DNA from: a virus
Lineage: Duplodnaviria; Heunggongvirae; Uroviricota; Caudoviricetes
IMG/VR virus record: IMGVR_UViG_3300035208_003871
Reading direction: 5' to 3' (one strand)
Length of the DNA stretch: 64,000 nucleotides
Shown here: one piece after another, positions 20,177-30,828 of the stretch
Position numbering within the stretch: the first letter of the stretch is position 1
Layout: each line of letters begins with the position of its first letter
The notes under the pieces: model-generated
What the model saw: only the letters and a program-made list of their open reading frames with translations
Database searches by the model: none
Told to the model about the DNA's origin: nothing
Made by a program: the position numbers and the translations under genes

Positions 20177-21235
20177 TTACCACCTCAAATACGGATTTGA
20201 ATAATAATTCCACGGTGTTCTTTTAGTATATCTATTCCGAGTACCTAATCTATTTCGAGTACCTGTTTTACCAACTCTTCCCTTATTATACGGAGAATTT
20301 GGAGTAACAGGAGTTCCGGATTTACCTTTTCTTGACTTTTTATCGTCCTTTTTAGCATCCAGTTCAGTTTTCTTACTTGATTTTTGATTTAATACAATTC
20401 TCGCATCTGATTTTCTTAAAGTTTCCATTTCAACAAGATATTTTGTTATTTTTCTATTTAAACGATCATTTGCAATCTTAACCTGCATCTGAAAATTAAA
20501 TTGCCATCGTTTCCAATACATGTCAGAAATCCCATGCCATACACCAAATGGAGTCTTTATACGACGATCAAATTCCGGAACGTAAGGATTTCCGTAACGA
20601 GAACTTACACCGTACATCAAAATGCGAACATAATCCACACGTCTTCCAGTTGAAGCATAACAAGGTTTTACGTGTAGATTACACCCACGATTTGACAATC
20701 CTTTAACTTCAAGTGCCCTCCGAAGCTGACCGCTTCTGTGACGACCAGCAAATTGTTGACGATGTGTATATTTCTTTTTTATTGCTGTTCCACGTGTATC
20801 AAATAAATAATCTCCACCAATCAACGGACCTTTAAAAACTTTCATTTTTCCAAATGGATATTTTACCGGGCGCCACCCTTTTTTCTGCCTTGTATAATTG
20901 TATAATCGTTTACCATACCCTTGTTTACTAAAAAACATACCATATGCACGACGATTAAAAAAATGAGGAATCTTCGCCTTCCAATAATTCTGAAGTTTTC
21001 TTGCTTCCGCCTGAACAAGTTCCTTAATGTGAGCATCTATCATCTTTGCATATTGTAAATGAAGATCTTTAGTAGCAGGTTTACGGGATCTGGTATTAAA
21101 CCACATTCCATTCTTCATTTGAACAGATGTAAATCCTTTTTTAGGATTTGTGGTAAATGGAAGCAGATTTACATCTACCGTTAATACAAAATCCCGCACT
21201 GGTATTAACGAATGTAACGGATCTAGACCTGCCAT
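20177..21235 (-). CDS. Very basic virion-associated protein (352 aa) with a Lys/Arg-rich C-terminal tail.
   Basis: It lies in the head-to-tail region. The last ~70 aa read KSSKKTELDAKKDDKKSRKGKSGTPV...GTRNRLGTRNRYTKRTPW, and R/K and Y/W are frequent throughout. Confidence 0.45.
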   Translation of the reverse strand: MAGLDPLHSLIPVRDFVLTVDVNLLPFTTNPKKGFTSVQMKNGMWFNTRSRKPATKDLHLQYAKMIDAHIKELVQAEARKLQNYWKAKIPHFFNRRAYGMFFSKQGYGKRLYNYTRQKKGWRPVKYPFGKMKVFKGPLIGGDYLFDTRGTAIKKKYTHRQQFAGRHRSGQLRRALEVKGLSNRGCNLHVKPCYASTGRRVDYVRILMYGVSSRYGNPYVPEFDRRIKTPFGVWHGISDMYWKRWQFNFQMQVKIANDRLNRKITKYLVEMETLRKSDARIVLNQKSSKKTELDAKKDDKKSRKGKSGTPVTPNSPYNKGRVGKTGTRNRLGTRNRYTKRTPWNYYSNPYLRW

Positions 21236-21242
21236 ATTTAAC

Positions 21243-21653
21243 TCAAGCCTCTATCATACTCGGGCTTAACATTCCATCACATGGATTTCCAAGTTTATCA
21301 GCATTTAGTGACAAATCCTCGTTAATTGGAACCGCCGTGATATAACTCAAACAATTATATGCCTGCATTAAAAGTGTCTGAAGCATAATCGGAGAACTTT
21401 CCGGCAATGTTCCCAAACGTCTTTCCGCAAGTGATATATAATTTTTATAACTGATGTATGTTGCCAACCTGATAGTGCATCTTCTAATTGAACGAATATT
21501 TACATCATCCGCAACTATCATACAAACAAAGTCAAATGCATCCTGTAAATCCTTAAATATAAGTTTATCATCAAGCATATCAAATGGAGCATCTGCTAAA
21601 GAATCCCTAACTTCTGGAATAATAGCGGCCAAGTCAAGATTGTAATCTGCCAT
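21243..21653 (-). CDS. Head-tail connector or adaptor-like protein (136 aa).
   Basis: It lies immediately downstream of the major capsid gene. The product is a small acidic protein. Confidence 0.4.
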   Translation of the reverse strand: MADYNLDLAAIIPEVRDSLADAPFDMLDDKLIFKDLQDAFDFVCMIVADDVNIRSIRRCTIRLATYISYKNYISLAERRLGTLPESSPIMLQTLLMQAYNCLSYITAVPINEDLSLNADKLGNPCDGMLSPSMIEA

Positions 21654-21732
21654 ATAATAAATAACAGACTTTACATTATTTAAAAAAGAAGTGAAATTAA
21701 AAAAATAACATTAAAATGCGGGCACAAAAATT

Positions 21733-22665
21733 CTACGTGCTCACGTTGGTTATTTTTATGATTCTGTCATTTGTAGTCTGCTGATTGTAATTCTGAGGCA
21801 TAATTTGGGTTTTATAATATTGGGTAATCATCCAAGCGTCTGCCCCTTCATCAGCATCACGAACAGTCTCTACTGTTGGGATCTTACCACCAGTGTAGCT
21901 GTAGTGAACTGCTGTCTGTGGACCCTTGATAACTGCAATTGCAGTATTCAGGTTATTGAGCTTACGTGAACCACGGAAACTAAATCCGAGTTCTGAAGAT
22001 ACCCATCCCACTGCTGAAGAATCAACAATCATACGACCCATGTTTCCATCTGTATCACCTTTCATAAGCATCTCAGGAATGCGAACACGTCCAAAGAGCT
22101 TAAGTGGGTAATATACAACGACATTACGAAGTTCATCTTCTGTTACGTTAGACTCTTCCTTACTGAAGATATCTTCAATCAAGTTTGCAATATCACCGAT
22201 TGGATCAGCTGCATCAGAGTTCCACGGAGTTGAAGCTGCAGAACTTGTACCTGCACCATTCCAAAGTTCTCCGAGAATCTCGTTGTCACGTGCCTGAGCC
22301 ATACCACGGGCTACTCCAGTCATAGAGTATTGCCACTGTGTTGCTTCATCGAGACGAATACGTGATTCATCATCGATCATTAACTTGCTACGGAATTTGT
22401 TAAGTGAGAAACTTCTTTCGAACCATCCCATTTTCTGGTATTCTGAGCTAGCCCCTTCATTAATCTGGAAGGTTGGTAACGTATGATCCTTCGGGAATCT
22501 TAAGTGTTTATCAAGAACATCGGTGTTCTCCATAACTACAGCGTCCATAAAGTCGATGTAATCAAGAGTCTTTAACCATACAAGTTCAGCGATTAAATCC
22601 TTACGAAGTGCATCATAAGCCTGACCGTCTGAAGTGTAAATACCAGTTTGATATGTCATATTCAT
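21733..22665 (-). CDS. Major capsid protein (HK97-fold-like), 310 aa.
   Basis: Its position after the portal, protease/scaffold and head-protein genes supports the call, as does the size. GAGGTGAT lies as an RBS before the ATG. Confidence 0.65.
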   Translation of the reverse strand: MNMTYQTGIYTSDGQAYDALRKDLIAELVWLKTLDYIDFMDAVVMENTDVLDKHLRFPKDHTLPTFQINEGASSEYQKMGWFERSFSLNKFRSKLMIDDESRIRLDEATQWQYSMTGVARGMAQARDNEILGELWNGAGTSSAASTPWNSDAADPIGDIANLIEDIFSKEESNVTEDELRNVVVYYPLKLFGRVRIPEMLMKGDTDGNMGRMIVDSSAVGWVSSELGFSFRGSRKLNNLNTAIAVIKGPQTAVHYSYTGGKIPTVETVRDADEGADAWMITQYYKTQIMPQNYNQQTTNDRIIKITNVST

Positions 22666-22676
22666 ATTAAATCACC

Positions 22677-23252
22677 TCAGGCCATTGCATGTGCATCAGT
22701 TACACGCACTTTTACGAAATATGCTCCAGATGCTCCAGTACTATTGTCGAGTGGAACTTCACAGATACCAATTACGTTTTCTCCAGTTGCTGCCTTTCTT
22801 ACGAATCCACCTGTTGCAGATGCCAATTCATCACCAAGAGCAAAGTTTACTGCCTGATATGCTGGTATTCCAACAAGCTCACCGTTTTTCATTGGGCAAA
22901 CTGTACATGGATAGAATTTCACTTCATCAGTTGCATAAGTGCTTCCGCCACCAGTTAGGTCAGCATCAATCGGGTAATACTGAATTGCAGCACCAACCAA
23001 TAGATCAGTACGTGCAGAAGTCTTCCATGACCATCCTTCAGGAACTACGTTATCTCCAGCAGGAACTGCTACGAGGTAACTTCCACCGTCAGTATCATAT
23101 GTAGTTGCGGCAGCAAGTTCCATTAACAATCCAGCATACTTTACCTGATACGGGCAAAGGTACGCTAAATTGTAATCTTCGGCAATACGTCCACCATTTA
23201 CTTTGTAAGTGGCGGTAATGCCTACTTGATTACCAATATTTGTTGGTATCAT
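22677..23252 (-). CDS. Head decoration or accessory capsid protein (191 aa).
   Basis: It lies between the scaffold/protease gene and the capsid gene. AAGGTGA lies upstream as an RBS. The product is Gly/Ala/Thr-rich. Confidence 0.45.
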   Translation of the reverse strand: MIPTNIGNQVGITATYKVNGGRIAEDYNLAYLCPYQVKYAGLLMELAAATTYDTDGGSYLVAVPAGDNVVPEGWSWKTSARTDLLVGAAIQYYPIDADLTGGGSTYATDEVKFYPCTVCPMKNGELVGIPAYQAVNFALGDELASATGGFVRKAATGENVIGICEVPLDNSTGASGAYFVKVRVTDAHAMA

Positions 23253-23298
23253 ATTTTCACCTTATTATATTAATTATCAATATTTCACAAAGAGAATG

Positions 23299-24480
23299 TT
23301 ATTGAACGGGAATTCTCATTCTCTTTGATAGTTTTTCTTGCGTTTCTGCATCGATGCTTATACGGAGTGAATCTGCTAATTCAAGAATTGTAGGTACCTT
23401 ATTTGTTTTCTTGCCTCCCTCTGCGCTCATAGGGCTTGCTCCAGCTGGAGAGTTCATCGGCGTTGTTTTCATCATTGTAATCTTGAATGCTTCCAAAGTT
23501 TCAATTTTTGATTTATAATCCTTCAAATGAGACACAAGCTTCTCTGGATTCTCAACCTGTAAATTGCGAAGTTCTGCAAGTTTATTTGTATAGTTTGCTT
23601 TCTCTTCTTTCTCAACCTGAGATCTTAAATTCTGATTTTCTGCTTGCATTTTTGCAAACTGCTCAAAAACATCTTTCGGAATACCATTCATACTTTCAGT
23701 ATTTCCCGCATTAACTGGAATTGCATCAGGTGTTACAACAGTTGCATCATCTGACACATTTTGTGCCTGATTTGGCTGCTGTCCACCTTTTAAAGCGGCA
23801 ATTTCCTGTTGCATCGATTCTAACTGACCACCAATCTTAGAAGACAATCCCTCAGCAATCGACATTGCAATATTTTTTGCAAATTCATTAGGATCAAAAG
23901 CGGGAGGTGTTACCGGAGACTGATTATCATTAAATGTTGAAACAGGAACTTCCTGACCCTGAATCAGAGTAGTAGGTTCCTGAGTTTGTGTATTAGTAGA
24001 AGTTTGAGAAGTTCCGTCATTTGGCATAGAAGATACCTCTGGAGCAGAAAATGCAAACCGAACAATATCGGTCTTATTTGAAGAAATAGCAGGATTTGGA
24101 ACAAAAGACAACCTAACAATTTTTTGTCCTACAATTTTTCCAGTTTCGGGATCTCTAACATAATCAATCTCTGGTGATATACTATTATGACCCTTTAAAA
24201 TCACATTTTCGAATTTATCGGAGTCAAATACAATACCATTATGAAGAATCTGATTCCCGTCTCTAGAGAATTTAATAGCATATCCTATTGTTTCCGCATA
24301 TTTATCGTGGCCTATTGAAAACGGAATCGGGGCATCTATATTACTAAGTAGTGCGTCAACATCAGCATCACTGATGTCAACCTTGTTTCCGGACTGAGCT
24401 ATAAAACTTCCAATTTCCAGAATACTACCGTCTGTCTTATAAATGTCTCCAACCTGTTTCCAGTTTGCATTTTCAGCCAT
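23299..24480 (-). CDS. Prohead protease / scaffolding-like protein (393 aa).
   Basis: It lies directly after the portal gene. An N-terminal globular domain is followed by a Thr/Gln-rich linker and a C-terminal coiled coil (QFAKMQAENQNLRSQVEKEEKANYTNKLAELRNLQ) typical of scaffolds. Confidence 0.5.
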   Translation of the reverse strand: MAENANWKQVGDIYKTDGSILEIGSFIAQSGNKVDISDADVDALLSNIDAPIPFSIGHDKYAETIGYAIKFSRDGNQILHNGIVFDSDKFENVILKGHNSISPEIDYVRDPETGKIVGQKIVRLSFVPNPAISSNKTDIVRFAFSAPEVSSMPNDGTSQTSTNTQTQEPTTLIQGQEVPVSTFNDNQSPVTPPAFDPNEFAKNIAMSIAEGLSSKIGGQLESMQQEIAALKGGQQPNQAQNVSDDATVVTPDAIPVNAGNTESMNGIPKDVFEQFAKMQAENQNLRSQVEKEEKANYTNKLAELRNLQVENPEKLVSHLKDYKSKIETLEAFKITMMKTTPMNSPAGASPMSAEGGKKTNKVPTILELADSLRISIDAETQEKLSKRMRIPVQ

Positions 24481-24535
24481 CTATGAAAAGTAGACATTTC
24501 CCTTATATAAAGAAATATAAAAAACGAGTATTTAC

Positions 24536-26287
24536 TTACTCTTTGTTAAGTACTCGCTTTGATTTAGAAGTTGCAGAATCAGTAGGCTGTTGTTCCCTTG
24601 ACTTAGGCGTACTTGGATAATTTACTTTTCCATCAGATCTTAATTTCTGACCACCAAAATTTGCCTTTGCCTTTTCTAACTGAATACTCGCGTCTGTTTG
24701 AACCTGTGCCTGATTATCCATTGATAATTCATCAAACGATTTAATAATCGTTATATTACCAGCAGTAACAATACCTTCTTCAGTAATTTGCTGTTCTGTA
24801 AGAGGCTGTAAATTCAATTCCTCACGAATCTCCGTAGCAGTGCATACTCCAAGATCCTTCTTTAATTGCGCGATCTTCGCTTTCTCAAGACGTGATTCAG
24901 CAATCTCGAACGAAATCTTAATATCCAGATGATCGACAGCAAAAGTTGAATCTATTAAAAGTAACCTCTCACGCATGTTTTCCAATATCACACGAGAAAT
25001 TCTACGAGCAATCTGTTCAATACGAAGTGAAGCACCAGATGCAACAATTAACTCAGATGCATAAGATCCATCAGATAATCCTCGAATAACAGATTTAGGC
25101 ATTCCAAGAGCATCCCAAATCGTATTATCTATCTGATCCAAGAACTTATCATCATCCATAAACGCATTACCAGCGTGTTCAATGTTACGAACCTCGATAT
25201 TAGACGATGTAATATACTTCTGATCCGGCGCATCAGTCTTTAATCCCGCTGCATAATTATACATAAACGATTGAATTGCTTTTTCCGCAGCCACCTTCTT
25301 TTGTGCCGGAGTTCCGGGAAACTTATCAAATGAAAATGCTTCAGCGTTAATCACGTGGTGCTCACGCGGAACATTTGCCCAACCCCAAAGTGTCCGAATA
25401 ATATAAACCTGTCTTTTCATCCATATACCAATTACCGCTCTGTGCAGTGGTGATATAGCATAAATACCAAAGGTTTGTCGTCCTTTTGTATCAATAATAT
25501 TGAGTGGAACATCACTCATTTTAATGTGAATAAACTGATTTTTTTCCAAAACACGTTCAGTTTCCAATCGTTCATCTATAACCAGATAATTTTCTTCAGC
25601 GATAATCGTATTTGGATTCGCATTCATTAAAATACGGTCTTTATCATCTACAATAGTAATACGATTATTCGGTAAAATTGTCAAACTTAGATTTTGATGC
25701 TTTTCCAAGTAAATTTCACCATGAAGGTACAGAACGGCTGCCCATGTCTCAATAATTGACGGAATATCAATTCTGCGAGCGATTTCATTAGCAGTATCCT
25801 TCATCGCATCCCGTTTCTCTGATGTAGAAGTTGTGATTTCCCTATCAATAGAAGATTCACCAAGTTCGCCAACCTCAGTTAATTCATTTGCCTCTTCGAG
25901 CGAATTCTCATCACCCTCGGTAACATACCCAATCTTAAGATTTGATGGTATATTATCGAAATTAGAATCATCTATGAGCATGAAACAATCATATGATGAT
26001 CTCACCATTTCTGCAACTTTATTTACTACCGCAGCAACTTCAGGTTCCCATACAAATAACTGTTCATAAATGTCACGCTCATTTAATTCATCGAAATTTG
26101 TAAGTTCTATAAGAAAATTAGCAAGCGTTGATGTTATTGCCGTAGCTCCAGCGGGTGTTCCGTGAGGAGTTACACTATCAAAACCAAGATCCTGAGATTT
26201 ACCACGATAATATGTACCGGGCATACCCATAGAGAAATACTCTGTAATATGCTCCAATTCACTTTTTGAAAAATCCTGTTTACCCAT
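24536..26287 (-). CDS. Portal protein (583 aa).
   Basis: The size and the position immediately after the large terminase gene support the call, as does the acidic C-terminal region. Confidence 0.75.
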   Translation of the reverse strand: MGKQDFSKSELEHITEYFSMGMPGTYYRGKSQDLGFDSVTPHGTPAGATAITSTLANFLIELTNFDELNERDIYEQLFVWEPEVAAVVNKVAEMVRSSYDCFMLIDDSNFDNIPSNLKIGYVTEGDENSLEEANELTEVGELGESSIDREITTSTSEKRDAMKDTANEIARRIDIPSIIETWAAVLYLHGEIYLEKHQNLSLTILPNNRITIVDDKDRILMNANPNTIIAEENYLVIDERLETERVLEKNQFIHIKMSDVPLNIIDTKGRQTFGIYAISPLHRAVIGIWMKRQVYIIRTLWGWANVPREHHVINAEAFSFDKFPGTPAQKKVAAEKAIQSFMYNYAAGLKTDAPDQKYITSSNIEVRNIEHAGNAFMDDDKFLDQIDNTIWDALGMPKSVIRGLSDGSYASELIVASGASLRIEQIARRISRVILENMRERLLLIDSTFAVDHLDIKISFEIAESRLEKAKIAQLKKDLGVCTATEIREELNLQPLTEQQITEEGIVTAGNITIIKSFDELSMDNQAQVQTDASIQLEKAKANFGGQKLRSDGKVNYPSTPKSREQQPTDSATSKSKRVLNKE

Positions 26288-26546
26288 AATATTCCTGTAT
26301 ATAAAATTGATCTATTTTACATATTAAAAAGAAAGATATATTTAGATCACTTATTCTGTCTTTAAACCAAGATAAACAAGAATAGACTCAGACCACATAC
26401 GAATTACAAGTTTTTCAGAATCGGGCTTTCTATCATAATCTTCTCGATATGCATTGCATATCATTCTTGCAATATTATCTACTTTAGACATATATAATAA
26501 ATTAAATATACCTTAACATATAAAAAGATTATGATAAAATTGCAAT

Positions 26547-28220
26547 CTATGCATAAAAATCAATATGAGTATCACTTCCACCAAAAGCAGTCTTCCCGCC
26601 TCTATCACAAATAATTGCTATACCAGCCGGAGTCATCAACTCAAAATCTTCTGCATCTACAGCCTCCAAATACCAAATGCAGTTCGCTACGGTGTCCGAA
26701 ACGTCTTTGGAGCCTCTACGCTTTGGATGTTCAACTTTGGGCTTTCCTCCGGGCGTCTGCTTCACAAATAACTGCTCACACTCAATTTTAAGATCTTCAT
26801 TATAGACAACTTCTAAATCTATTGGATGCATTTTTTCTTGCAATTCACGCCACCGATCATAATCTTCTTTACCAACCTGATGCATAATCGGATCTAATCC
26901 AATCTCATACTGAATCGCTTCTAAAATTTCAGGATACATGTAAATATCATGTATAAATGCAACTACATTCAATGATTTAACAGCCTGTATAATAAAGTTC
27001 TTAATATCGGAAGGTAAGATATACGCATCCTTATCTCCCATTTTTTGGAATTTATAGACTCCATCTACAATAATACGATCTCCTGCACGATATGCACACG
27101 AAACACCAAAACTATCATTTTTATACGCAGGATCAATCGAAAGTACACGTGGGAATCTATTAATATCGGGCGGTAAATTATCAAAATCTAATTCCAATAC
27201 ATTTACTATTTCCTCATTAAGAGTAATACCTTCAGGAAACTGCAATCCACTTGAAATCTCAGGTTGATTAGCAAAATCTCTTAAAAATCGCGCTCTGTCT
27301 CTACCACACGATTTCCTTAAATAATCCTCAGTAACAAGTGGATTCATCTCCCAAGTCTTGTACATGTATGCACGTGCGATTCCATCCCGTTCTTCGCGTT
27401 CGAAATCACAAAATACATCCATCATGATTCCGGTTGCTGATTTCAACGAAGATATAGCAACTATTTTACCATCTAATCCAAAAGTTTCAGTAGAATTACA
27501 AAGCTTGTTATAAACCATCATCGCATCGATATCAGTCTCAGAATCTGTAAAATAATCAAATTCATCAAAAATAACAATCTTATTAGTGTAACCTGCAGCA
27601 GTAGAAGCCTTTGATGCAAGAACCTGACAAATAACATTCTTAGATGGATACTCAATACGCTGACTTCCAAACACTAATCCGGGAAACCATTTCTCAAACC
27701 ATGGATTTCCCTGAATCATCGATTTCATATTAGCAAACACACCATCACCAGCCTGTGTTCTGCTCGTCGCCAAGCAAGTGAGAGCAATAGTAGAACCTTT
27801 CCCAGATTTACCAACCATCAATCCGTAGTGACGCGCCGGATTTTCCCACGAAATAACCTCAAATAATTCATATGCAAGTATACAAGAAATCAAACTCGTC
27901 TTAGAACTACGCTGCCCCGCAATAAGAGCCAATTTCTTGCGCATTGGTGCATCCAGAACATATTTGTGCTCATAAAATCCTCTCAAAATCTCCTTCTGTA
28001 CAGGCCACATTCCACGAGGATTACCAAATTCGTCTGGTCCGGGAAAACCTAAAATTTCTTCAATAAACCAAATAGGATCGCTTCTTGCACGAATTACGTC
28101 CTCCATGAATTGCATTTCTTCAATAGGATCAATGTAAGAAATCGATGCATCTTCAATAGATTCAAAAAAGTGACGTTCTTCTGCTATACCAGCATCACGT
28201 TTGGGTCTACCTGCTGCCAT
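26547..28220 (-). CDS. Terminase large subunit (557 aa).
   Basis: An N-terminal Walker-A-like motif (LIAGQRSSKTS) and a C-terminal RNase-H-like nuclease region (LSIDPAYKNDSFGVSCAY). It overlaps the upstream small gene by 14 nt. Confidence 0.85.
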   Translation of the reverse strand: MAAGRPKRDAGIAEERHFFESIEDASISYIDPIEEMQFMEDVIRARSDPIWFIEEILGFPGPDEFGNPRGMWPVQKEILRGFYEHKYVLDAPMRKKLALIAGQRSSKTSLISCILAYELFEVISWENPARHYGLMVGKSGKGSTIALTCLATSRTQAGDGVFANMKSMIQGNPWFEKWFPGLVFGSQRIEYPSKNVICQVLASKASTAAGYTNKIVIFDEFDYFTDSETDIDAMMVYNKLCNSTETFGLDGKIVAISSLKSATGIMMDVFCDFEREERDGIARAYMYKTWEMNPLVTEDYLRKSCGRDRARFLRDFANQPEISSGLQFPEGITLNEEIVNVLELDFDNLPPDINRFPRVLSIDPAYKNDSFGVSCAYRAGDRIIVDGVYKFQKMGDKDAYILPSDIKNFIIQAVKSLNVVAFIHDIYMYPEILEAIQYEIGLDPIMHQVGKEDYDRWRELQEKMHPIDLEVVYNEDLKIECEQLFVKQTPGGKPKVEHPKRRGSKDVSDTVANCIWYLEAVDAEDFELMTPAGIAIICDRGGKTAFGGSDTHIDFYA

Positions 28221-28728
28221 TCTTACCTTCTGGTAATGCTTTCTGATCCTTCATTGCCTGCATAATCAATGGTTGACAGTGTGGACAGGCTACTTCGAGA
28301 ACGGCATTGCGTATAGATCTTAAATCAGTTTGAATCTGAATAAATTGCTGATTATAAGTATCTCCCTTGTTCAATTTTCCCTGTAACTCAGCTAAAAGCT
28401 TCAGAGTTTCCCTAATCTCTTTAATCAACTTAATACCACGATCAATATTGGAAACACCAAACTCTTCTGTCTCCATCATAAAAGCCATCCAATCCTTCAA
28501 TCGAACATGAAGCATCAATAACTCCCGATAAAAAAAGTTTGGATCATTTAATAATTCTTCAAGATTAACATTCTCGGTTGGAACTTCATGATGATTTATA
28601 TGATCGAGAACATCTTCAATGGACATATTAAATTCAACAGCCGCAGTACTAACCTTTTTTGTACCAAGTTTTAACTCAGCTGACCATTTAGCTCCGTATT
28701 GACCAGCATTACATAAATTACAACCCAT
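28207..28728 (-). CDS. Terminase small subunit candidate (173 aa).
   Basis: It lies immediately upstream of the large terminase gene and overlaps it. The size fits. Confidence 0.45.
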   Translation of the reverse strand: MGCNLCNAGQYGAKWSAELKLGTKKVSTAAVEFNMSIEDVLDHINHHEVPTENVNLEELLNDPNFFYRELLMLHVRLKDWMAFMMETEEFGVSNIDRGIKLIKEIRETLKLLAELQGKLNKGDTYNQQFIQIQTDLRSIRNAVLEVACPHCQPLIMQAMKDQKALPEGKNGSR

Positions 28729-28824
28729 ATTTATACCTTTAATATTAACTATCGATATTTACAAGCAATATAAAATTTCCACTATATAGTTAATATTATA
28801 TAAATATACCACAAATATAATATA

Positions 28825-29067
28825 ATGAACGGTGAATTTAAAAATGGTCAATGGATTGAACCATTAATAACCACAGAAAAAACAAATACAGAAACAGCAA
28901 ATAACTGTGATATTATAGATGTAATTCAAGTATTACGATGTACAATATCCGGAATCGTTGAAAACATAGATAAAATAGAGTATAAATTAGATCTCATCGA
29001 AAAGCGAATCGATGAGATTCAAAAACAAAAACCAAGTTTAATACATAGATTGTTTAAAAGATCCTGA
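28825..29067 (+). CDS. Hypothetical 80-aa protein.
   Basis: An ORF in a 300-bp gap between minus-strand genes. No clear RBS. Confidence 0.25.
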   Translation: MNGEFKNGQWIEPLITTEKTNTETANNCDIIDVIQVLRCTISGIVENIDKIEYKLDLIEKRIDEIQKQKPSLIHRLFKRS

Positions 29068-29799
29068 AAAATCAGAAACCTTCGGATCGTTACTATGATA
29101 TTCTTCATATATCTTATCATCTATTTTTTCCTGTAATCCCGCATCCTTATATTGATATTTTCCTAATGTATACAAATTATGACTTCCAAATGCCCATTCT
29201 GGATCGTATATACCATTTCGATACAAATATTCAGCAGTATGAATCTGTGCATACTCAGTATAACGGTCACCGAATTTTTCCTTTGCTACATACTCAGGCC
29301 ATCCAAGTCCATATGATTTCGCTAAACCAAATATCTCCTCATAATTATATTCCTCTCCATCCTTCATAACAAGCTTCATATCTATTATACATGTCATCGG
29401 GATACCATCAGATGACACAACATCCATGGGCACTTCCGTTTCCTCTTCTCCTCTAATAAGATATTCCCGAAACTTCAATGGTTTACTAATATACGGAATA
29501 TTTAATCTAATATATGATGCTCCATCCTTTACATATGACATTTTTCCGTCATCAACCACAACAATTGTTCCACCACAAATATTGTGGCTACTACTAACTT
29601 CATTACTAAATATCGCCACAAACACACATGATATAATAAGAAATACACCAAATAATAAAAAAAAACATGCTAAATAACCAAATACAGTACAAGCTATTTT
29701 ATCATTTTCATTAACATGTTTATCAACAACATTACTATACCATAATCCAAATAAAAATAAAGCAATTCCCCATAATCCAAGTGTCATTACCAAAGACAT
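29038..29799 (-). CDS. Membrane protein with two N-terminal transmembrane helices and a soluble beta-rich domain. It may be an NfeD-like partner of the flotillin.
   Basis: An N-terminal hydrophobic pair (LGLWGIALFLFGLWY; FLLFGVFLIISCVFVAIF) is followed by GGTIVVVDDGKMSYVKDGASYIRL. It lies in the same transcriptional unit as the SPFH gene. Confidence 0.45.
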   Translation of the reverse strand: MSLVMTLGLWGIALFLFGLWYSNVVDKHVNENDKIACTVFGYLACFFLLFGVFLIISCVFVAIFSNEVSSSHNICGGTIVVVDDGKMSYVKDGASYIRLNIPYISKPLKFREYLIRGEEETEVPMDVVSSDGIPMTCIIDMKLVMKDGEEYNYEEIFGLAKSYGLGWPEYVAKEKFGDRYTEYAQIHTAEYLYRNGIYDPEWAFGSHNLYTLGKYQYKDAGLQEKIDDKIYEEYHSNDPKVSDFSGSFKQSMY

Positions 29800-29877
29800 A
29801 CTACTATATACTTCGGCTGAACTTAAATATCTTTCTATTATCTAATTGTCTTTTCATTAAATAATAAAAAACTCATT

Positions 29878-30333
29878 ATGTTAATCATGCTGTATCACTT
29901 CATCGGTCACAAAATCGGAGATATTCAAAAAGATATGAGATCGAGAGCAATAAAAAATACTAAATTTGACCCTTGGAACGATCCGGGAAACATAATGATA
30001 CAAGCTATTTTAGGATATCTTACTAAATTAGAAACAAACTATGAAAATTATGGAGTAATTGTATATTTTAAAAAAGGATTTGTCATCATAGGTGCATTAC
30101 TATACTCAATAAACGACAATAAATGTACAATTCATCGATTAGGAGTTACAAAAGAATATAGAAGACAAAACATTGGTACTAAAATGGTAGAATTTTTAGA
30201 ATTATACTTAAAAATAGTTGATGCTAAAGAAATATCATTATATTCTTCTGATGAATTATATACTATAAAATTCTATGAATCTCTTGGATTTAAAACCGTT
30301 TATTCTACAAATATGATAAAATATCTAAAATAA
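29878..30333 (+). CDS. GNAT-family N-acetyltransferase (151 aa).
   Basis: An acetyl-CoA-binding motif A (IHRLGVTKEYRRQNIGTKMVEFLE) and the typical C-terminal YESLGF. Confidence 0.7.
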   Translation: MLIMLYHFIGHKIGDIQKDMRSRAIKNTKFDPWNDPGNIMIQAILGYLTKLETNYENYGVIVYFKKGFVIIGALLYSINDNKCTIHRLGVTKEYRRQNIGTKMVEFLELYLKIVDAKEISLYSSDELYTIKFYESLGFKTVYSTNMIKYLK

Positions 30334-30374
30334 GTAACCAATAAATTAATATATTTATATAACTATTTTTATAT

Positions 30375-30635
30375 ATGGATTGTTGTAAAACCTGCAAATA
30401 CTATTTCCCATATAAACTCGAAGATCGCCCATTCCACGGAAAGTGCCAAAGATTTCCACCCATTATAAGAAAGAAATCATATATGGGAGAGTTTCCAAAT
30501 ATCGCAGAATCATGTTGGTGTGGCGAATATACACTAAAAATAAATACAATAAATGAAACAAGTAAATATCCTAAACCGCCGGGCGTTTACATTAATCAAA
30601 TGCCATTAAAAGTAGGCGAATACGTCATCCGCTAA
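30375..30635 (+). CDS. Small Cys-rich protein (86 aa).
   Basis: MDCCKTCKYY...GKCQRF...ESCWCGEY. It lies in the plus-strand island with the GNAT gene. Confidence 0.4.
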   Translation: MDCCKTCKYYFPYKLEDRPFHGKCQRFPPIIRKKSYMGEFPNIAESCWCGEYTLKINTINETSKYPKPPGVYINQMPLKVGEYVIR

Positions 30636-30828
30636 ATATAAATACTGTTAAAACCAATATACTTAATGCCACACGGCATAACAAGAAAAAAAAAGAAAGG
30701 GAGAAAGAATTGCAACCTTCTTCCTTCTTTTTGTTTGTTAGAACTATTTTAACACCGTGATGAGTCTGGATTTACTTAATGCAGCAGGATTCTTTTGCTT
30801 AACGAAGCAGGTAAGCGCGCATAAATGT

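Noticed and set aside
22685-23104. Plus-strand ORFs overlapping the head-protein gene (22685..23104, 22689..22958 and 22648..22857).
   Set aside because: They are antisense shadows of gene 22677..23252.
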